A DNA stretch of 64,000 nt from Candidatus Nanohalarchaeota archaeon (GTDB lineage Archaea; Nanohalarchaeota; Nanosalinia; Nanosalinales; Nanosalinaceae): assembly GCA_022729235.1 (NCBI GenBank), contig JALDAJ010000001.1, positions 64,001 to 128,000 of the forward strand. The letters are read 5' to 3'. Within the stretch, counting starts at the first letter, position 1. Each line of letters starts with the position of its first letter. The translations under genes and the position numbers were made by a program. Below the pieces are notes generated by a model. That model had not been told where the DNA came from, did not search any database, and saw only the letters and a list, made by a program, of their open reading frames with translations. Below are positions 57,546 to 64,000 of this stretch, piece after piece.

Positions 57546-58262
57546 TCAAATTAACATCGCCGCAGTTTTCTTGTAAGTTTCTACCTCATGTTTCTGCAGA
57601 GGTTTTTCAAGACCATAGATGTCTCCCGCAACTACTTCTTTCTCCTCTCTTATTATCTCTATCAGGTCTTCAAGCTCATTCAAGTCAAGTACACCCTGAC
57701 CAAAACTTGTCTCCATAAGTGACTTGTCCAGTATATCAAGATCTATAGATACGTAGACTTTATCGGGGAAATCATCCAGTTTCTCCCGCAAAATCTCTCT
57801 CCAGTCTTCTTTCTCCATCACCTCATCAGATATACAGTCCAGACTGTGGTAGTATGCTCCTATCAATAAGATACTAGATACACTGTCAAGAGAACCTATA
57901 TCAGATACAAAGCTTGAGAACAGGAGGTTTTCCTCTCCTTTCTCCCGTAGATTAGCTGCGTCGTGATGGTTATCGATATGAATGTAACCTATATCCTCTT
58001 CTTCAACACCTTTGACAAGACCATAGGTGAGGTGGTGGTAGGTGTTCTCAGTGAGGAGTACCAGACTTCTATCAGGTAAATCAGCTTCCGCAACTAACTT
58101 TTCAACATCATCCTTCGATGCTTTTGCCTTATATTTGTGAAATAACTGGTTTACTATCAGAGAAGGTAACCCTGGTCTGACCAGGTTCCCGGGCATAGTC
58201 TCTCCCATATCCTTGGATAAGAAAAAGTCGATTTGAAACACGCATGGCTCAAGTTCTCGCAT
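57546..58262 (-). CDS. arginase/ureohydrolase family protein
   Basis: HHLTYG, HIDNHHD (DxHxD) and VSIDLD (DxD). Confidence 0.8.
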   Translation of the reverse strand: MRELEPCVFQIDFFLSKDMGETMPGNLVRPGLPSLIVNQLFHKYKAKASKDDVEKLVAEADLPDRSLVLLTENTYHHLTYGLVKGVEEEDIGYIHIDNHHDAANLREKGEENLLFSSFVSDIGSLDSVSSILLIGAYYHSLDCISDEVMEKEDWREILREKLDDFPDKVYVSIDLDILDKSLMETSFGQGVLDLNELEDLIEIIREEKEVVAGDIYGLEKPLQKHEVETYKKTAAMLI

Positions 58263-58280
58263 TTTTCATCCCTCTACAAA

Positions 58281-58991
58281 TCATCCTGGAGAATAATCTT
58301 TCAGATAACCTCTGTGCAGAGCGGTTGAGACCAGAACTCCTGATATATTATGCTTTTCCAGTTTTTCGACATCATTAACATTCCTGACTCCTCCACCGGT
58401 TATGAACTCCTCCTCTCCATACTCATCAGCTTTTTCCAGTAAGTGTTCAGCCACACCTGACGCCGTTCCAACGTTACCGATATCCAGCAGAATAATCTCT
58501 TCTACATCCAAATCCTCTACATACTCCAACAACTCAGAAGCCGAGTCAAAATGCCCTATATCACCAGCCAGCTCTCCGTTATACATGTCTACGCTGAACA
58601 CAGCTCTTGAACCGAGACATTCCATGATATTTTCCATGTCGCCTACCGACCTCACTGTTTCAGACGCCACTATCACCTTGTCAGTTCTCTCAACGACCCT
58701 GCTTTCAAGACCTTCAGCGGTTTTTATTCCCCTATCCAAGTAGAACTGTAGGTCGAAAGTATCGAACAACTCTATTATACAGTCATCGTTGTCCCCGTTG
58801 TCCTCTAGAGAATCGATATCTGCTATATACACCTTCTTGAGCTCAAAATCGTCTTTTAAAGCCTCAAGAACGTCCACCGGTTCCGCAGAGTCAGTCAGAC
58901 AGGATTCGACAGGTTTGTAGGAGTCCCTGTCCCCTTCCACCCCTCGGACAACCTTACCTTCCTTTATGTCAAGTACAGGTATCAGCTCCAC
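58281..58991 (-). CDS. HisA/HisF-related TIM-barrel protein (type found near C1-cofactor genes)
   Basis: IPVLDIKEGKVVRGVEGDRDSYKP, YIADID, VASET, LLDIGNVGT and GGGVRN. Confidence 0.82.
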   Translation of the reverse strand: MELIPVLDIKEGKVVRGVEGDRDSYKPVESCLTDSAEPVDVLEALKDDFELKKVYIADIDSLEDNGDNDDCIIELFDTFDLQFYLDRGIKTAEGLESRVVERTDKVIVASETVRSVGDMENIMECLGSRAVFSVDMYNGELAGDIGHFDSASELLEYVEDLDVEEIILLDIGNVGTASGVAEHLLEKADEYGEEEFITGGGVRNVNDVEKLEKHNISGVLVSTALHRGYLKDYSPG

Positions 58992-59044
58992 AAAAGAATG
59001 TTTGCACCTTCAAAGGTAAAAAGTATTGTAATACTGTTCAGTCT

Positions 59045-59689
59045 ATGGAGACCGTTGTCAAGGTGGGCGGTTCAACAATCCGCGACCGAGAACGTTGTCG
59101 AAAAGTAGTTAACGCGTTAGAGGACATAGAAAGCAATATCTCAGTAATCGCAGGCGGCGGCGAGGCAGCGGACGTTGTCAGGGAACTAGATGAACGTTTC
59201 TCTATTTCAGATGAAGCTGCTCACTGGGCAGCCATAAAGGCGATGGATGTCAATGCCCACGTGCTATCCGGTATGTCGCCTGTATTCCAGTACGCAGAGG
59301 ATGAAGATGAAATCAGAGAAACAATGAGTAAAGACCATATACCAGTAACAGGCGTATACCAGCTACTCAGAAAAGACGATTCGCTGGATAAATCATGGGA
59401 TGTCACGTCTGACAGCATCACCGCACACCTAGGTAAAAAATTCGGCGTAGAAAAGATAGTGCTGGTAAAATCCGTTTCAGGGATCAAAGATGACGAAGGA
59501 AAACTCCATCAAGAGATAACTGCGGAGGAAGCCAAGAAATCAGCAGGCGAGGTAATAGATCCAATTCTACCTGAGATACTCCAGCAACACCAGCTATCCT
59601 GCACACTCGTCCACGGTGAATACCCGGAAAGAGTAAAATCGGCTATAGAAGGAGAGAGAACAACTGCGACCCAGATCTTGTCTAAGTAA
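59045..59689 (+). CDS. mfnE: amino-acid-kinase-fold protein, MfnE-like (furanylmethyl phosphate kinase)
   Basis: VKVGGS, GGGEAADVVRELD, DEAAHWAAIKAMD and SWDVTSDSI. Confidence 0.78.
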   Translation: METVVKVGGSTIRDRERCRKVVNALEDIESNISVIAGGGEAADVVRELDERFSISDEAAHWAAIKAMDVNAHVLSGMSPVFQYAEDEDEIRETMSKDHIPVTGVYQLLRKDDSLDKSWDVTSDSITAHLGKKFGVEKIVLVKSVSGIKDDEGKLHQEITAEEAKKSAGEVIDPILPEILQQHQLSCTLVHGEYPERVKSAIEGERTTATQILSK

Positions 59690-59740
59690 TCAGGAGATCT
59701 CTACACCTCTATAAAAAGCCACAAATAGTAAGAGCATACT

Positions 59741-60574
59741 GTGAACCCTGTCAAGTTTTACAGGCTAGATACCTGGTACAAGAACATGGGGATGGCGCTG
59801 ATAGGAGTCTTCAGCGCCGGAGTTTCGCTGGACAACGCATTTGCAGCCGCGATAGGCTTTCTACAAGTATTTCTTGTTCAGCTGCACTCATTCAGCATGA
59901 ATGATTATTATGATCATCTAAGATGGGGTGAAGAGACCTACGTTGGAAAGCTTCTCTCTGAAGGATGGGATCTCTGGCAACTCCGGTTTCTTATGTTGGC
60001 GCCGCTTGCGTTAGCATTGATGTTTTATCCTGTTTCGCAAGAGTTCACCCTACTTCTTGTGCTTTACAGTCTTCTCTTCTACCTTTACCAGGGACCGATG
60101 CGTTTAAAACGGCATTGGGCGTTCTCCATACCCCTAAACGCGATCCCTCTCGGTCTTATAATCTACCTACATCCTTACCTAGTAACCGCAGGATCACTTG
60201 GAGCTACCGGATTATTCTTTTCTATACTTTTCACGTTCTATCTGGCGTTTTACGAGATAGCGCACCAGATCGAGCATCAGGAAGAGGAACGGGAAGTATT
60301 TTCGCTCATTGACCAAATAGGAGTCAAAAACAGTTTAATCGTCGCCACGCTTTTCCTAATAGTCCCTGTTGTAACAGGGATCTTCCTTGCTTGGTCAACC
60401 GGTGTTTGGCAACTGTATCTTATACCCGCATTCTTCTTTATAATTCGAGTTTTGCAGCTTCATAGAATAGAGGACTACGGGAGGATAAGAAAAAGTCGGC
60501 ACAAGTTCTACGCAGCACATGAAGGCATTTATTACTTAATTATACTCTCTCTAATTAGTGCAGGAATGCTATGA
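59741..60574 (+). CDS. UbiA-family membrane transferase
   Basis: About 8 TM segments, NDYYD motif and YQGPMRLKR; the second acidic motif is degenerate (HQIEHQEEE). Confidence 0.75.
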   Translation: MNPVKFYRLDTWYKNMGMALIGVFSAGVSLDNAFAAAIGFLQVFLVQLHSFSMNDYYDHLRWGEETYVGKLLSEGWDLWQLRFLMLAPLALALMFYPVSQEFTLLLVLYSLLFYLYQGPMRLKRHWAFSIPLNAIPLGLIIYLHPYLVTAGSLGATGLFFSILFTFYLAFYEIAHQIEHQEEEREVFSLIDQIGVKNSLIVATLFLIVPVVTGIFLAWSTGVWQLYLIPAFFFIIRVLQLHRIEDYGRIRKSRHKFYAAHEGIYYLIILSLISAGML

Positions 60575-61287
60575 AATCACTGATAACGGTAACAGATGCG
60601 GACGAGGCAGAGGTTGTTTCTGATCAAAGACCTGAGATAGTGGACATCAAGAATCCTTCCGAAGGATCTCTCGGTGCTTCAAGACCCAGTAGAATAGAAG
60701 AGATCTGCGATGAAATAGCTGGCGACTCCGAAATCAGCATAGCAATCGGGGACTGCCCTCAACTTCCCGGAACCATAGGTCTGGCTGTGGAAGGCGCTCT
60801 GCGCTTTGATCCTGATTACATCAAGATAGGTCTGAAAGAGGCTGAAACAATTGAAGAAGGTGTAGAAATCATAAGGACAGCGGTGAAGACAGTAGATAGA
60901 AATAATACGGACACCAGCGTGGTCGTGGCAGGATACGGGGATTATAAAGCCTCTGGAACCCTTGAACCGAAAAATATCGTCGAAGTAGGTTCGAGAGCGG
61001 GCGCAGACACAGTTATGCTTGATACGTTATCCAAAGATAAGGGAAATCTGTTGGACATATTACCACGGAGCGAACTGGAAGGATTCACTAGATACGCCAG
61101 ACAGAACGGTATGGATGTGGCGCTCGCCGGCTCCCTCACGACAGAAGACATTAAGAAGGTGGACAACATAGGAGCGGACATAGCAGGCTTCAGAGGCGCT
61201 GTGTGCGAACAAGGGAGAGAGTCAAGTATAAACAGCGAAAAAGTCGAGAACATAGTCAAGAACTGCAAACTGAGGGAAAAACAATGA
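60571..61287 (+). CDS. mfnB: (5-formylfuran-3-yl)methyl phosphate synthase (4-HFC-P synthase, DUF556)
   Basis: DIKNPSEGSLGA, DYIKIGL, MLDT..KD, ALAGSL and GFRGAVC. Confidence 0.9.
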   Translation: MKSLITVTDADEAEVVSDQRPEIVDIKNPSEGSLGASRPSRIEEICDEIAGDSEISIAIGDCPQLPGTIGLAVEGALRFDPDYIKIGLKEAETIEEGVEIIRTAVKTVDRNNTDTSVVVAGYGDYKASGTLEPKNIVEVGSRAGADTVMLDTLSKDKGNLLDILPRSELEGFTRYARQNGMDVALAGSLTTEDIKKVDNIGADIAGFRGAVCEQGRESSINSEKVENIVKNCKLREKQ

Positions 61288-62534
61288 TGCTCAGGAAAGG
61301 GTTCTATCTTCATAGTTCATTCAAACATCTCGAACAAAGTCTGCCTCATATAAAAAAAACTCAAGAGGAACGACTAAGAGAAATCCTAGAGGAGGCATAC
61401 AAAAGACCTTTCTACTCTGATAAATGGTCTAAACACGGTTTCCATCCAAACCAGTTCGACAAGCTAGAGGATATAAAGAAAATCCCTATCATCGATCCGG
61501 ACAGAAACCAGATGGGAGATGTCAAGAAAAGTATAGACAAGGGCGGAAGTCTGTTAAGCTCAGGGTCTTCGGGAAGGCAGAGACTTAAAGTCAATTTCGG
61601 GAACCAGCCCTGGGACTGGGTCGAGGCAGTGTACCTCAGAAACCTGATTATCCAAGGCTACCGACCGTTCAGGAAACAGCATAATTACTGGTATGAGAAA
61701 AGGAAGAATAAAATCAGAAGAAACATTTTCGTTCCGAAAGAAAATATCCTGTATGAACGATCTTTCGAAGAACAACTGGAAGAGCTTGAAAGCACCTCCC
61801 ATGACTACATAATATACTACCCTATTGTTCTCTTCACGCTAGCCAAGAAAGCCTTGCAATCAGACAGGAATTACGACATCAGTCCTAAAGCAATATTCAC
61901 GCAGGGGGAGGTACTCACTCCTACCATGAGAGAAACTATCCAGGAAGCCTTCAAAGCACCCGTCCACGATAACTATGGTTGTACGGAGTTTCACCGGATA
62001 GCCTGGGAATGCCCTGAAGGAGACGGATATCATCTCTGTTCCAACTCAGTGCTTATCGAGATACTGGATGAAAATGGGGAAGAGGTATCAGCCGGAGAAA
62101 GAGGACGGTTAGTAGGTACAACACTGGTAAACCACGTGACACCTCTGGTAAGGTATGACCTGGGAGACGTAGTGATGAAGATGGAGAATAAATGTGCCTG
62201 TGGAAAGAGCTTCCCGAAGATCAAAAAGGTAGAAGGAAGAGCCAGAAACTTCTTCGACGCCAAGAATTCTGTCGTATCGCCCTACGAAATTATCGACACC
62301 CTTGCCAAGTACAGGGATTTGCTTGTCTTCCAGCTCGTAAAGCAGGACGGAGAAGTTACCCTGAAGTACGTTCCTAATTCTAACTTCCAGCAAGAAACAC
62401 TGAAGGATGTTGAAGGCGATCTCAAGGAGGTATTAGGAATCAGGGAGATAGAGTTCCATGAAGTTGGAGAACTAGATATTACAGAGGGAGGAAAGATCGT
62501 GTCCGTGAAGAACAGAGGTAAGAACGTTGTATAG
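61284..62534 (+). CDS. phenylacetate-CoA ligase / CapK / F390-synthetase family adenylate-forming enzyme
   Basis: SSGSSG, YGCTE, PLVRYDLGD, VEGR and GGK; ATGA overlap with the mfnB stop. Confidence 0.85.
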   Translation: MMLRKGFYLHSSFKHLEQSLPHIKKTQEERLREILEEAYKRPFYSDKWSKHGFHPNQFDKLEDIKKIPIIDPDRNQMGDVKKSIDKGGSLLSSGSSGRQRLKVNFGNQPWDWVEAVYLRNLIIQGYRPFRKQHNYWYEKRKNKIRRNIFVPKENILYERSFEEQLEELESTSHDYIIYYPIVLFTLAKKALQSDRNYDISPKAIFTQGEVLTPTMRETIQEAFKAPVHDNYGCTEFHRIAWECPEGDGYHLCSNSVLIEILDENGEEVSAGERGRLVGTTLVNHVTPLVRYDLGDVVMKMENKCACGKSFPKIKKVEGRARNFFDAKNSVVSPYEIIDTLAKYRDLLVFQLVKQDGEVTLKYVPNSNFQQETLKDVEGDLKEVLGIREIEFHEVGELDITEGGKIVSVKNRGKNVV

Positions 62535-62586
62535 GACAGATTTGTTTATTCAAAAAATTCTAAACTTTGCGAAATATAGGATACTC

Positions 62587-62592
62587 TTATAA
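62587..62592 (+). promoter_or_regulatory. putative TATA box
   Basis: TTATAA centred about 27 nt upstream of the ATG at 62617, the spacing expected for a leaderless archaeal mRNA. Confidence 0.45.
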
Positions 62593-62616
62593 CTTAGGCA
62601 GGTAATAGACTCTCTT

Positions 62617-62709
62617 ATGAGATACACCCAAAGCAGAGTCGAGGTACTCTTGAACTACATCGCAAGACTCACTTCAGGAGGCAACTCCTTCACACGCACG
62701 AGAGACTGA
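62617..62709 (+). CDS. 30-aa small ORF, candidate precursor peptide
   Basis: Not in the ORF track. Manual translation MRYTQSRVEVLLNYIARLTSGGNSFTRTRD*; has its own TATA-like box. Confidence 0.45.
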   Translation: MRYTQSRVEVLLNYIARLTSGGNSFTRTRD

Positions 62710-62869
62710 TAATCTGAGAAACCGTTAGAAATATCTTCTGAATAAAGAATATCTCTATCGTCACATCTATAGTTTTTGACAGTTCGTGAAGATTCGCCTA
62801 ACAGATCTCGGCACTGACTCTCTCTTCTAAAAGAGTAAAAAATATGGTACTTAAGGAATAATTCAAGGT

Positions 62870-64000
62870 ATGGGTAGCCCAGACATCCTGCTGTTCTCTC
62901 CTCCCGTGAAAGAAGATTCGTTCATGCCTATGATAAACGCCGGTCTCGGCGCCATTTCAGGCTGGCTGGACGAAGAAGGATATGAACATGATCAGAAGAG
63001 CCTCCTAGCAGACTGCCGCTTTCTGAACAAAAACAAGTTCCAGAAAGATATAGTTGAATTATCAGTCCTGAACCAAGAGGACGTCCTAGACTATCTAAGA
63101 GGCGAGAATAATGAGGAAATAACGAAAGTAGCTAACCAGTTAGGAGATATGCTTGACATCGACTCCTACGATGTGATTCTCATATCAGCCAAAAGCGATG
63201 ACTCTCTTATCAAAGGACTACCTGTACTGAAGGAAAGAGCTCAGGAAAAATTAGTGGTTATAGGCGGATCATGTACCTCCACAAACGATTTAGAGATAGT
63301 AAGGCTGCCGTTCATTGACTACGGAGTTATAGGTGACGGAGAAATACCTATCTCTAATATACTCAAACACGAGCTGGACGGCGAACCCTTGGAAAACGAT
63401 ACAGGTCTGGTATACGTTGAGAACGGCGAACTAATCCGAGGGAAACCCTATAAACACCCTCTCGATATGAAACCTAAGCCAGTTTTCAACCAAGATATTG
63501 TAGAGAAGCTAAGAGACATATCCTTCTTTGATGAGCCCATACTCCCGTATCAATTCGGCAGAGGCTGCACCCAGAAATGTAGTTTCTGTAATTACATTGA
63601 GAACCAGAAATTCCAGTATAAAAGTATAGATAAGGCTATAGAAGAACTCAGAGATTACAGAGACAGAGAAGGGGTTAGAAACATTTTCTTCACAGACTCC
63701 AACTTATTCAACAAACCGGATTACGTCAAAAAGTTTGCGGAAAGAGTTATTGAAGAGGAGCTAGATATTCGCTGGGGAAGCCAGGCAATCATACTACCGC
63801 GTAGACAGGAGTTCTTTGACACACTCGCAGAGGGAGGATGTGTCTGCCTAATGCATGGTATCGAGTCCGCTTCAAACAGCGTACTTCACAGGATGAGGAA
63901 AGCAGAAACGCGATCAATGATAGAAAACACCCTTGAAAAAGAGGCGAAAGCCGGTATAAAACCTCACGGGTTTTTTATAACAGATTTCCCTCATGAAACT
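62870..64000 (+). CDS. B12-binding-domain radical SAM protein, 3' end beyond the window
   Basis: Not in the ORF track. Manual translation MGSPDILLFSPP...VVIGGS...VIGDGE...GRGCTQKCSFC (CxxxCxxC)...GIESAS. Confidence 0.9.
   Translation, partial: MGSPDILLFSPPVKEDSFMPMINAGLGAISGWLDEEGYEHDQKSLLADCRFLNKNKFQKDIVELSVLNQEDVLDYLRGENNEEITKVANQLGDMLDIDSYDVILISAKSDDSLIKGLPVLKERAQEKLVVIGGSCTSTNDLEIVRLPFIDYGVIGDGEIPISNILKHELDGEPLENDTGLVYVENGELIRGKPYKHPLDMKPKPVFNQDIVEKLRDISFFDEPILPYQFGRGCTQKCSFCNYIENQKFQYKSIDKAIEELRDYRDREGVRNIFFTDSNLFNKPDYVKKFAERVIEEELDIRWGSQAIILPRRQEFFDTLAEGGCVCLMHGIESASNSVLHRMRKAETRSMIENTLEKEAKAGIKPHGFFITDFPHET

Noticed and set aside
59045-59689. Second UMP kinase
   Set aside because: A canonical pyrH is at 9341-9970; this protein has the AHW..I.AMD and SWDVTSD motifs of the MfnE-like group.
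58281-61287. Evidence for methanogenesis or histidine biosynthesis
   Set aside because: No mfnA/D/F, ftr, fwd, mcr or other his genes occur in the window; the HisA-like protein is the stand-alone related type.

Overview
This is a gene-dense archaeal chromosome segment. The strongly acidic proteins, fused PriS-PriL primase, compact enolase and archaeal information-processing genes fit a DPANN halophile, probably Nanohaloarchaeota (inference). Positions 1-33 kb are mostly core genes: rps2, eno, rpoK, the PCNA-primase-GINS-L44e-S27e-aIF2a-Nop10 cluster, tfs, rpoL, xpb, an ABC transporter, ppa, tRNA-Val, an intron-containing tRNA(CAT), gltX and rnj. Small AT-richer inserts and three toxin-antitoxin pairs interrupt this stretch. 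Positions 33-38.6 kb encode a DsbA-like oxidoreductase with Cys-rich secreted proteins, one carrying thrombospondin-like repeats. Positions 38.6-53.8 kb form a surface glycosylation island. Positions 53.8-64 kb hold the most striking locus: methanofuran-pathway homologues (mfnB, mfnE and a HisA-related gene) coupled to a UbiA-family transferase, an adenylate-forming ligase, a carbamoyltransferase, a DegT aminotransferase, a ureohydrolase, a 30-aa candidate precursor peptide and a B12-type radical SAM enzyme. This suggests an undescribed furan-transfer tailoring pathway. A second highlight is a 203-nt tRNA intron that looks like a permuted box C/D guide for its own C34, with a 55-nt module duplicated directly upstream of tRNA-Val. 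No rRNA, CRISPR array, integrase or transposase was recognised. All calls come from motif recognition by eye; no searches were run.
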